64,000 nt of DNA, taken from positions 248,001 through 312,000 of the forward strand of contig QPGO01000042.1 in assembly GCA_008632985.1 (NCBI GenBank), written 5' to 3'. This DNA is from Psammoneis japonica. Taxonomy: Eukaryota. Of the stretch, positions 25,965-37,999 are shown piece after piece; position 1 is the stretch's first letter, and each line of letters starts with the position of its first letter. The position numbers and the translations under genes are program-made. Below the pieces are notes generated by a model. That model saw only the letters and a list, made by a program, of their open reading frames with translations, searched no databases and had not been told where the DNA came from.

Positions 25965-26540
25965 GTTCTGGCACCACCCACACACACTGGTGTGGGCAGT
26001 GGCGGTGCAATTGGGTGGGTGGGTGGGCCTGGCTGGAAGGCTGAGGCGCGGCCTGTGATGGAATCACGGGTCGGCGGGAGCAAGTGGCACATCGGCATTT
26101 GGGTGTGGGACACATTGGCCACCAGCCAACATGCGGCTTGCGAAATTGCGCATGACGGGTTCTGCTTGCAGGCGGAGGTGACGGATCATTTCGTCGGAGC
26201 GCCATCGGCCCAAGAGGCGGATCACGTCGGTGTCAACATGGGCACATGGGAGGGCCATGGCACCAGCCACGCGCAAACAGCGAGCAGAGACATCGGCAGG
26301 TGTGAAACCCAGCGCAGCGGGGCCAATTGCCAGAATTGCGGCACGCAGGATGCTGGCAACATCGGCGGGAGAGACACGGCGCCAGGTGTTGTTGTGCAAG
26401 CACACGCCCCTGAGCAACAGCAGCTTGCTTCCAAATGCCAACTTGGACATGTTCAATGGTGGCATTGCGGGGGGTGACTTCCAGGTGCATCATTGATGGG
26501 TGATGAGGTCATCTCCCCCTTGTCGGTCTTTGCGAGGCCA
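25705..26540. repeat. Direct repeat B, about 130 bp x2 (25705-25833 and 26411-26540)
   Basis: Alignment by eye. Both copies translate as HLEVTPR.ATIE(C/H)VQVGIWKQAAVA. Confidence 0.95.
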
Positions 26541-26699
26541 GTGAACAGCTTGAGGAGCAGGCCTCAGCGAGCGAGCAAAGTCCTTTTTTCTTTTTGCTCT
26601 TGCCACATCCATGATCCATGACACCCAGTGCCAGTTGCCAGCGAACATCGCCATTGTCGCCATTCCTTGCATTCTTTGTCACAATGGATGACACAACAG

Positions 26700-29600
26700 C
26701 AACAACATTGAAGGCCACCACTGCTGGTTGACATTGTTCCCCACCAACCCCACCCCTGCTGCTCTCATCTGACACAGCAGTGGTGCTGCTGGAGCTGCTG
26801 ACCAAGAGTGCACACACTTGATTGAACACCTTGACAATGAACTCAAACATCAAAAATTGTCCTCTCTTCACTGTGCCAGAGAGCATCATCAAGAGAGGAA
26901 AATGCAGGGAGAAGGTCGAGAGAGTCCAAGACTGTCTTCTGGATCAGACCGGCCATTTGTTTGACATGCTCAACAATGAGCTGAACCAAGCAGAGGTGGC
27001 TGCAGACGATGAGGAGCTCAAGAGAGCTCACAGCCATTGTGAAAATGTGCACATTTGCACATCATTGACTGGCACAGAAAAGCCATCTCAATTGGTGGGT
27101 CAAGGTCGCAAAGCATGACTCTCTGAAAGGTGGCATCAGAAGGAGAAGAAAAGAGTTCAAAATGATCTGAAATGTGTTCTCATGCTTCTTCCCACAGCAT
27201 GGATTGACAAGCTTGCCCAAAAAGCTTGCTTCATCAAAGAAAACCATGCATGCTCATTGGCGCTCTGCGTGCCACAGCAGCTCTTCATTGAAAAGTTTTG
27301 CAATGAACTTGAGCAGGTCCAGACCACACAGCATTCAGAGGAGTGTCAGAAGGTGGCCACATGAAGTTGGGGTCATTGTTGAGAAGTGTGCAGTTGCTTG
27401 TCCAACCACTGGCTCAACAACAAGGAACTCGAGGTTGAGGGTGCCAACAAGGCTGCAATCAAGAGAAGCCAAGACTGTCATGAAACAGCATGCACTGAGC
27501 AACACATTTGCACAGACAGCAGAGAATGCACACTGGCCATGTGACTCCAACACAGAAAAGAAAATGGCAGTTCTTGACAGAGCTCGGAAGCTTCCAGAGT
27601 GCCACAAATCAGATCATCACCAGCCCAGACAGAGTGCCAGAAACAGCTGTGAGCACAGCACCTGCATTGTCAGCAGCAGCATCACACTGAACATGAAGGA
27701 GCCATGGCAGATTCTCCCCATGTGTGTTGACCCTTTCTCAGGCAGTGGTGCAAGCCGCCCACATTGCAGCACTGTTCTCATGTCCACTCATTAAAAAGCA
27801 GTTCTTCCTGATCTCACTCTTCTCACTTTTTGTCTCACACTCACATTTGGGAGGTGTGTTGTGTTGCTGCTCCTCCGCCAACATGCAATGAGACAGGAGG
27901 AGGAGATCTGTCCTGCTTCAACACAGCTCACCATTGCAAGTTTTAACATGAGTTTCAGAGTCAAGAAAGTGGTGCCACCAACATTGCTGGTGGCATGAAC
28001 CCCAGTGGGCCTCCCCCCAACACTGCACAGAGCAGCTCATCAGACATCTGTTTGGCCCCAGCACAACTCAATGGGGTCAAGCAACCTTTCAATGCTGCAC
28101 TCAGCATGCAGATTGCAAATGCCAAAGCAAGGCAGTTGTGACAATGCTGATTGCAGCCAAGGCAGCCATGGTGATGTGAATTCTCAAGGATGCAAAGCTG
28201 ATGACAGTGTCAACCTGGGAAAGCAGTTTGAGTCTGCCTTGGACTCAGTCATGACTCAATTGTCATTCAGTTGCCAAGTGTGAGATTGACACACAAGACA
28301 CATCAACATTTTGCTTTTTTTTTGGCTTCTGCCAGCAAATGTGACTTTCATCACAAATGCCCACTCACTTTGGTGATGTTTCCCCACAAATTCCAACCTC
28401 TGACAGCACTGTGGCACCCATTGTGAGTGCAGAGAGCATCTCTTGACAGGCTGTTTTGTCCAATTTGGTGTGCATTGGTGCCAAGCTTCTCACCAAGTTC
28501 ATTGTTGTAGATGTTTTCTCTCTCAACCCAGGAAAAATGACTGATTTCAAATTGCCCATCCTGTCCCAATGTTGCCAAAGTGACTGTCAAACCATTGATC
28601 TGGCAATCCTCAAACAAACAGCTGGTGGGTGGGACAGTCCAAGCAGTCACCAACAAACCACCACCTCTGACAAAGGCCAAACAATGCAGAAATCACTCAC
28701 AGCCCATGCTGGCACTTGCTTTGGAGGTTGAATGCTGGGTGACAGCTGCAAGCAGACAAGCAACTGTCATGCTTGCCATCTCCCAGCCAAGAGGCTTTTG
28801 ATTTGACCAAGCACTCTCTCCCCCAAGGTTGGCAAGCTTCTGTGATGACCTTTGCATTCAACAGTGAACTTGAGATTTCAAATGGTCCTCTCTGTGAGTT
28901 GGGCAAGGATTGCTTCATCATGGCTGCTCAAGATCTGGTCAAGGCTCATGACCAAGAGATGTTTTGTCTTGTCAAGCAAGCAATGGGCAAGGTTGTCTGC
29001 ATTTTTGTCATCTCCATGAGTTTTCCATTGCCAATCTGCTGGCAGGATGAGTGCAAGGCTTGCATGGTGGCAGCTGACACTTCAGCCTGTGCAACAGCAT
29101 TGAGCTTGATGACACTGGACTTTCTCAGCTTCTGATTCTGTCTAAAGTCATGAACACCTTTTGCAAGAAAATCAAAGTCAAGTCCAACCATTTGAAAAAC
29201 TGCAAAGATCACACCCTGGTTTGGCATTGTTCATGATGGCCCTTGCCACCATGCACTGCCAGTGCTCTTGTGGATGTGTTGAGAGTGCTGAGAAGAGTCT
29301 GGAAGATGTTGCTTTGTGCACTTGCCCAGTCAATGACTGTGTGAATTTTGCTGGCTGAAGCTCTCTGAATTGTCAAAATTGCACAGACAGACTGTGCGCT
29401 GTTGGTCAAAATGGGTTCCAAGATTTTGCACAAGGTCTTTGTGAGACATCATCTGAACACTTCAATTGCCCTCTCTGCATGACAAGCTGGACAAGGCAAA
29501 AGTGATGGAGCACAACTGTTGACTCTCAAGGACCCAGCTGAAATCAAGTCAGACAGTGAGTGCAATGATGACAAGGCCAGTTCAATCAGCATCAACGAAG

Positions 29601-30000
29601 ACTTGCACTCTTGTCTAAAAAATGTTCTCACTCTTGTTCAGAGTTGAACTGTGCTTGACAAGAACTCTGTGTTTTAGACAATGCCTTGTCAATTGTGGTT
29701 AAAGGACCATTCATGATTGGCATGACCAGCAAAGCAGGAAACAATGCTTGATGAAATTTGATCTTGCAGTGCATGTCATCTTGACAAGATGATGATCTTT
29801 GCATGCATTGAGAATGAGGACATCAACATGCAATTAAAATGATTGGTGAAGTGGGAAATGACCATGAACAAAACTTGTGACTTGCAAGTGTTCGTTCTTG
29901 ACAACAGCGCACCTGCAACAAATTTTCATGGCTCATGTCAGACAATGATTGCATTCATTTGTCTCATTGGCTTGCTTTTACATTGGCTGTGTGCTGCTTG
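26700..30000 (+). pseudogene. Decayed coding sequence(s) of unknown family inside the hypermutated block
   Basis: Protein-like + strand frames broken by TGA and frameshifts, Tyr-free and Cys/His-rich. No family recognised. Confidence 0.35.
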
Positions 30001-30399
30001 CAATCTGATTCACACACGTGACAATTTTCTTTTTTTTGCATTAAATCTTCTTTGCTTTCTGTTTCCTGCTCTTTCCTCTTTGATTTGTTGGCTCTTCTTC
30101 TGTCAATGCTCCTGTCATCGTTTGCTGTCTGTGCACAATGTCATCTTTTGGTGGCTGTGCTTGCGAGGCATTTTTCTCCACTGCCGGTGCCCTTGGATTG
30201 GCCACAGCTTTGCGTGCAAGAAGTGAAGAACATTGTGTGACAGATCTGAGTTTTTGCATGTGTTTTGTTTTGACTCAGCTTTGCACACATGTGGCTCATG
30301 CTCACCTTTGTGTTGCCCCTGCAGTGCCATCTTCCCTTTGTGCTGAACTTGCATGTCAGCATGTGTGAGCATCAAGATTGGCAAAAGCATCAGCAGTTT

Positions 30400-33300
30400 G
30401 CAATGTTGCCCAAGCTGCCTGCTGCACTCACCTCTCTCTCTCTCTCTCTCTCTCTCTTGCCTTGTCTTGCATCTTTTTTCCTTCAATTGTGCCAGCCCTC
30501 TGCTCTGCATTTTCCTTCCCTCACTGCTGTCATTGTCCGGATGTTGGGCAAGTCCTGTGTTTTGTGTTCTTTTGTGAGGTGATTGCGATGTTTTTTGTGG
30601 CCAAGATGCCAGATCTGCTTGAAGCATCCCAAAGCATTGCACCCTTCATGCTCTTGACCCAAACAAGTTGTCTCCCATGCATGGCTCTTGCAGAAACCAA
30701 CATCAAAAGCTCTGCCCCCATTTGCTGACCCACATCTTGGACAAGCTGAGGTGTGTAGAATCTTCCATCTCTCCATGTTCCTGTCAATGGATGCAAACCC
30801 AGTTGCCCATTTAGGTTGCCAAAGTTTCCCAAAGGTTGGCGCTCTTTGCACAGCTTTGCCAAGCACCTCCCAATCAACGGGGGGGTGTGCTGGTTTGCAT
30901 CCCAGCTTTTGTCCAGTGTTGTGCAGCCGGGGGCCCACAGATGTGCTCAATCATCTGGTTGTGGTCCCAATTTGCTTGTGCTTCACCATGCAGATGTGTG
31001 CGCCATTGTTGTTGTTCCGGCATTTTGCAGCATCTGAACTCTGGTTCTGTGTGAAGTGCTTCCCAATGCACCTTTGCAAGGAGGTCCATTTCCACATTCA
31101 GTTGTTCCATTGGGGTGAGTTCCTGAAGCGGCACTTCCTTGTCTTTGTGGCCATCCACCTCCTCTGGCACCACAAGTGCAGGCAGAGTTTTGATTGTTCT
31201 GTGAATGGGTTGAATCAAGTCATGGTTCCATTGTTTTGGATCATCAAAGTTGTTGTAGAAGCATGTCCGCAGACCATCATCACAATCACAGCCCACAACT
31301 GCCTTGCCTTTCCTGATGTTGCACCATTCGCAGAGGTCCACCAAATGTTGCAGCACTCCACAGATCCCGCCTGGCTCTGCCCCATGTGCAGTCATTTCTT
31401 GTTTCTTTCCTGGTGCCTGATTCACTCCACGATGTCGATGTGAGTGTCCCAGGGACAAGAGGAGTGTCATTGCCACTGTTGCCATGTCATCTTTAAAGGA
31501 GCTGTCGGTTGCACACACTGCGGTTCCTTCTTCAATGCCTTGGATGAGAGCTTCCAGTGGTGGCACCTGATTGCATGGGAAAAACCACTGCCAAAAGACT
31601 GGCTCCATTTCGGTCAATGAAAGAACTGTTGCTGTCCCTGTTTGTAGGATGCAGTTGTCCGATCCAATTGTTTTTGTTGGGAGAGTGCCATGTGGCATGT
31701 TCTGTGTGGTGCTTGTGAAGTGGCAGCAATGTTGTCATCTCCTGTGTGCTTGTGGAAGGATGGAGCACACTCTGTGCTTGCCTCCAGTCATCCATTGATG
31801 CACCCCATCTTCCCATGCTGAGCATCTCCAGGTGAGCTTGCTTGTGTCTGAGATCCATTTTCCCAGAGGTCAACACAATCCAAGGTTTTTCACATTCCTG
31901 CCTGGTGACAGACAGCACATTGTCAGGGCTTCCTGCCACAATCACCAACAATTGGCCAATGGGAACCCTGCTTTTGGCCAATCACACTCACTTTCACACT
32001 CAGATGCTCCAGTCCAGCAGTCCTGCAGAATGCGTTGCCCATCTCCTGATGCAATGTCCAAGAGTTGGAGTGCCTTGATCCACGTTCTGCATGGGTTGAT
32101 CTTCCTGAGTCATTCGCCTTTGTGTCCGTGATCCACAAAGGCAGCCATCAGGAATGAATCTCACTCCTGCTGTCATGATGGGCTTGGGTCTGGTGAGACA
32201 AGCTCCATTTTGCAGTTTCTTGCAGAATTTCCACAGTGACTTGACCTGCATTTTAGCAGCCAGTGGAGCCAGTTTTTTGCAGTCTGATTGTGCACTTGGT
32301 GTGACACTCCCAACTCAAGTTGCAGCAATTCCTGAATTGCTGCAAGTTCACATCCTGTCATGGAGAGCGAGTCCCCTTCCTGCAAGCACACCTCCAATTT
32401 CAGCAGTCCTTGTAGCACACAGATCTCTGGAGCTCCCAATCCATTGCACTTCCTTGGTGCGAAGAGCACTTTCCTTGGGGATGATCTGGGACATCCCAGT
32501 GCCGGGAGAGCTGCTCCAAACAGCGGTTTCTGTGTTGAGTCACAGTCTTTCTTTGTCAGCAAGCATGCTGCCAGTGGGTGCTTTGTGCTTTGTGTCACTC
32601 CTCATTAGAAAGACAGCCATGATTCTGTCCTGTTCAAGTGTCTGCTCTGGACTTGGTCCACCCATTCTTCCACTTTTGCTCCGAGAGCTGCCAGTTGTTG
32701 TTCCGCAGTGCCGTCCAAAGCCACCCACACTCCCAGTGTTTCTTCTGCTTCCCATGCCTCTAGTTTTCTAATGATTGAGCACTTTCCTTTGTGGTCCAGG
32801 ACAGACACATTTCCCAGCGTTTCTGTGGCAGACTGGTGATGCCAACAATTGTTTTCCCACTTGAATGACACCAGATGCCAATGACTTTTTGATGTCACCA
32901 GTGCTCTGCCTGTGGCGCTGATGCCTCCTTCCCAGCAATCTGTCATTTGCTGCATTCCCTGGATGACCATGTTGGAACAGATGTGTCTTGCTCCCTCGGT
33001 GAGTGTGGCAGGTCTGTGTTGTCAACGAATGTGCAGCAGATGCAGTGAAAAGTGTTCTTGGTTGTTGGGGTCTCAGCAAGGATGCTGCACCCTTCCTCCT
33101 TCAACATGTTTGTTGCCGGAATGCTGGCTGGCAGCCAAATTGCCAGAACTGCCCCATGTCCTTGAAACTTTCCTTGGAGGGGCACTTCCAGAGTGCCGCA
33201 CGATTCTTCTGAATCTCCACAGGTGGTGTGCACATGGTGTGTGATTTGGCTCAACGTTGCCACTGTCACAAAGAGGTCATTGTCATCTTCTTTGTCACAC

Positions 33301-36300
33301 ATGCGCCTCACACACAGCAGGGTGACCAAGTGCAGAATTCTGTCATGCACAATTTGGCATCTGCACTGCAAACAGCTCCAGATTGGTGCAGTTGCTGAGA
33401 CATGTCTCCTGTCAAGACCTCATTTAGAGCACAGATGATTGCCCGGTGTCGTTTCCTGCTGCCGCATGCCTCCCACAGCATTTCCTGGTAGACCTCTGCC
33501 TGATGCACTGTTGCTCTTCTGCAGTGCTTGTTCATTTTGTTGTGTTGTGTCAAAGAGGATGATGATCCTGAGTTCATTGACGTGCGATGACTCCTGTTTC
33601 TTTGGGATCATCACGTCTGCCACCTTGAACCAGCATTTTGGTGTGCATCCCTGTTTCCCTGGAACAGCAGACATGCAAGCATCAAATTCTGCTGCCATTG
33701 GATGTTGACATCCTGCCTTGCAATTGGAGAAGGCTGGTCCAAAGGGGTTGCTGGACATGTGTCCTTTCATCTTTTTCCAGCTGTGGATGTGCTCCTCCAT
33801 GGAGTGTCTGCATCCAGGCGTGGAAGAGGCGGATCCGGAAATTTAGGTTGTTTGATGAATTTTGCTGTCCCCACTCTTCTGCACCTGGCAGTGGAACATG
33901 CATTCCTTGCAACACTTGTTTGGCAGCCAGTGCATCTGCCAGATGTGGAAGTTGTCTGGCAAGGGTGACTTCATGAATGGCACTGTGCTCCCAGGAGCAA
34001 AGGTCTGGCTGCATCGATTGCCACCTTCTTTTGTGCATGCCTTCTCAACTCCTTGTTTGGGAGAACACTCTTTGTCTGGTCCTTGCCTGTCGGGCCCAGT
34101 GATGGTTCTCATTGCATGACGAGCTTTCCCGGTGACTGTTCTGATTTGTCTGCAAATCTTCTTTTGCCAACATGCATGGCCAATAGCTTCTCCTCATGCT
34201 CCACAGTTGTTTTGTTCCTCTCCACCTCTTTGCACATCTAGAATGAAACTCATTTTGATGCAGCTTTCAATCCATTTGCTTGAGTCTCCTGTGCTCCTTC
34301 ACAGCAGCCTTGTGTTGAGCCTTGATTCCTTCTGCTGGGATTTGGAAGGCATCCATCCATCCTGCACATTTCATCTGTCATCAAATCGTCCTTGCTGATG
34401 CTCTTTGCCTGAAACAGAATCTGCAGATCAGTCTCCACAGGTGTGTCACCTCCCTTGCCTTGTTGATCTTGTTGGAAGATTCTGCTGAGTTCATGAACAA
34501 CTTCCTGCATTTTTCCTTTGCTGTCTGCCGCATCTTTCTGTTCTCCTTGAATGTGATTTTGCACTGGAAGCTGTTCTTCCAGACCAAACTCATCGCAGTT
34601 CTCCAGTGCTGTCACTCTGCTCAACAAGTTGCAAGAGAGTGACATCTTACACACAATGTCATTGCATTTCTTCACCACCTTCAGCTCATTCAATTTGCCT
34701 GTCAATCTGGTTTCATGGTTGCCAAAAGTGAGGTGTGCATCCAAAAAGACTGGATTTTCTGATGTTGATCCATGGCAGTCTGTGATCAGCTGTACAATCC
34801 ACCTCTCCAAAACCTGTCATCTCACCTCATTGAACCTCTGAACTGGTGAAATGAAGTTCTGTCTGTTGGGATTTTGGATCTGTTTTTGTCACAGGTTGCC
34901 ACCATGGACAGTTTCAGATGGAGGATGCTTGGAGCATTGATCAGGTGCAGTGATCTCATCCAGGACAGCATGTCCATGTTCCGAGTGTTTTCATTCATGT
35001 CAATTCCCAGCACTGTCAGATCTCCTTGTTCCTGCCATTGTCTTATCTGGCTGTTCAAGTCTTCAAGGAATGCTTTTCTTGGATCTCTCAGATCTTGTTT
35101 TGATGGCAAGCACACTGAGTGTTGGCTGTAGAATGTGCCTGGGTGGCCTGTCCTGTCTTGCACTGGGCGGCAGGCTGTTGTCATCCCAGTGTGGATGCCA
35201 TCCTTTCCTTTGAATCTCGCCCACATCCACCTCCCCAAGCCTGTGTCATCTTTTCCTTTTGACACAAGGTGATGGCTAGTGTGTGTTGAATGAAGTGTCC
35301 TGCTCCTCTGCATTGTCTCCTTCCAGACATTGAGTGGTGATTGTTTGCGGCCACCAATTTGTGCGCCAGTCATAGTTGGCACCATTGATCATTCCACTGT
35401 TGGTTTTTTGGTGTCCTCTTGAAGTCAAGGTGCTTCAATGATGCCAATGACGTTGACCTTGCTCTTTGTCATCCATTGTTTGAGCTTGTTGTGCTTGTTG
35501 CATCTGGTCTTTTCCACAGGCAGCCCTCCAACATTGTGGAAGGCAAAATGGCAGGTGCTCTGCACTTTCACTTCCAATGAGTCTCCCCACTGTGTTTGTT
35601 GGTTTGTCGGCCAAATTTTCCGTTTTTACATCCTCCTTGGATGATCACCGACGGGATCATTGAGGATGCTTTGCTTTGGGGATCCTGTCCAGCCCCTTCA
35701 ACCCGGGAGCTGGTAGAGTCATTTGCCGCTTGATTGTTTGTTTCATCCATTGGTGTGGCGGACTTGATGAGAGATCTGCAACACCCAGTCTCTCATGCAG
35801 TTTTGCAAGCTCTACTTCTGCTCTTGCCAGTTTGTCTCTGGTTGACAGGGTGGCAGCAAGAGATTTGTTGTCTTGGTCCCTCTTGTCAGTTGTGCCACCC
35901 ACTTGCCCCAATCCTTGAAACACAACAGACTTGGTCACCTTGTGATTGGGAATGCGTTGCATTGTCATCTTCATTTCTTGCAATGCCAACTGAGCTGATG
36001 TCATCATTGTTTTCAAGACATTGGACTGCTTGTTCCATGGCTGTCTTGTCCTCTTTCTTCTTTGGTGGTTTGGCTGGCTTCAACAATTCTCGTTTTTGGT
36101 GTGCTTCCTGCTGAGTGCTTTTGTTGGACTGCCAATTGTCCTCCATGCCCCACGGATTGTCATCGATGATCTTGAGAAGTTTTTCATTTTCCTTGGAGGG
36201 CATGGTTCCTGTCAAGGGGTCGCATTGGTGATGCTGGCAGATGGCTGTGCCACTGGCCTTGAACCAGGATGCTGCGTTGGGTCCGAGGTTGCACAATGCT

Positions 36301-37850
36301 TTGGGAATCAGATTGTTGATCGTCTTCATTGCTTTGGCGAACACCTTCCTTGGGAATGTGATTACATGTTCCAACAGTTGGATCCATTTTTGGTCCACAT
36401 GATGAAAGAGTGGGATCATTTTGGCCTTCTTCTTGTCTGCCGTGGGATCCAGAATGCATTTCCTCATGAGGCAGTGCCAAAGATTGATTTCTCATCCTTG
36501 ACGATCTTTGACAACAGAGTCCAAATCCCTGAAGAATGTGAGTTCCACTTGACCTGGCACTTGTTCCATGAAGTGGTGCTGGCATTGTGCAAGTTCTGAC
36601 ATGTTCTTTTTGACGTCATCTGGGGCATGCCGAAGGGCCTGAGAGGAGCAGCATGGTGCAAAGCGCAAGGTCAGACCTAAGACTTTCTTTCTGGCTCCAA
36701 CTCTCCACAGTTTCTCTGCTGCAGTCCTGGCTGTGTGGGCATGATGGACTTCTGCATCAATGTGAATGGCCATGGGGTTCTTCTTTGGATTGTCTCTGTC
36801 AAATTTTGGTCTTTTCCCATCAGTTCCACAGATTGTCCTCCATTGAAGTCCCACAAGAGTCAGGTCTTTGATGCCCAAATGGTGACAAATCAGGTGGTGT
36901 GGAGCGTTCGTTCCATCATTGTTTTTGAGCTGCAGCAGAGCCACCCGACACATTCAGAGCAAGCAGCCTGGCAAGGAACCCTGTTCCTTGCCACCAAGAA
37001 CTTCCCCACCTCTGTTTCTTCCATTGTGCCACAGAGTTTTGTTCCAAAGTCATCCAGCTCACATTTTGGTCGTCCCTCTGCAGTGAAGTGGATTGAGCTC
37101 AGCAAGTTGTGTGCTCTTGATTTGCTCGAGGGTCACAATGACCTGCTCCCAGAAATGCACTGAAAAGCTCTCAATCTTGAGCTTTGTTTTCCAGAATGTC
37201 TTCTGGGGATCTCCAAACTCCGTGTGTCTCTTCCAGGTCTGGATCCCATGTTCCAATGCAGACATTGTCTCTGAGAATGCTCTGAACAATGTCAAAAGCT
37301 TGAGCCAGCACTTTCAATGTCTCCTTGAATGATTTGGCTGTTGTTGGGGTAACAAGCCATGCATTGCATCTGATGGCCCATGTTTCTACCTCCTCTTTGT
37401 CATCCTCTCCTTTGGATTCTGCCATTGCTGAAAGAGTCTTGGCAATTCTGGCTTGCAAGGTTTTCCACAGGATCTTCTTCTGGATTTCTGGTGTCTTCTT
37501 TGTCTTCTGTGGTTTCCTCCTCATCTGATTCATCAGATTTTTTGCTGCCCTTTTGCTGTTTTCATCTTCTTGTTCCTTCTCTTGCTTGACTTGATCTGGT
37601 TGGATGGCAGTGTCCTTGACAAATCCTTTGTCAAAGGCGTTGTTGCAGTTGTGTTCTTCTGCTTCCTCACCTGATCCTCCTTTGTGATCTCAAGTTCTTT
37701 TGGAGGTTCTTCCTTTCTTTGTTCTCATTCCTGTTGCACGTGTTGTGTTCATGGGGTGTGATGACTTTCTCCCCTGTTTCCTTGGTGCGTGTTTTTTGCA
37801 TGGAATTAGCACTGGAGTTCATTGGCGCCAACAATGATTGGTTGTCCTCA
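30400..37850 (-). mobile_element. Degenerate non-LTR retrotransposon, Ambal-like (ORF1 + APE/RT/RNase H ORF2)
   Basis: ORF1 remnants about 35.65-37.6 kb (LQWRTI..AIHID..GLTLRFAP; LFHHVD). ORF2: APE (WGD..FHNVGGL, DDTGLGRW, DPRKAFLEDL..GIDMNE), RT (QGKFQGHGA..IW, FVDNTDL, WEGGISATGRALV.SKSHW, ETLGVW), RNase H (ATDSSFK, AE.GGI, GCD, VDGHKD..LNVEMDLLAK), and CPRC. Ends approximate. Confidence 0.85.
30432..30457. repeat. (CT)n microsatellite near the 3' end of the LINE
   Basis: About 13 CT units seen directly. Confidence 0.9.
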
Positions 37851-37999
37851 TCGTCAGTCTTGTTGGATCATTCAATCAATTGATTTGCTTGGCCATCTTG
37901 TCCTTTAACTTTTTTCTTGTTCACACCCTTGCAAGGAGAGCCATGATTCTTCCTGCCAGAGGCAAGGCATTTCTTTCCCCCACCATGGTGCAATTTTTT

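Larger units (their letters stand above)
25350..26560 (-). mobile_element. Degenerate tyrosine-recombinase (DIRS/Ngaro-like) retroelement 3' fragment
   Basis: ORF 26064-26465 reads VSARCLRVAGAMAL..VDTDVIRLLGRWRSDEMIRHL, the YR C-terminal boxes (SARSLR.GGA, GRW.SD...Y). Confidence 0.8.

Noticed and set aside
25508..26540. Repeats A/B as canonical Ngaro split direct repeats
   Set aside because: Repeat B overlaps the recombinase coding region and the rest of the element (RT/RNase H) is absent. A rearranged partial duplication fits better.
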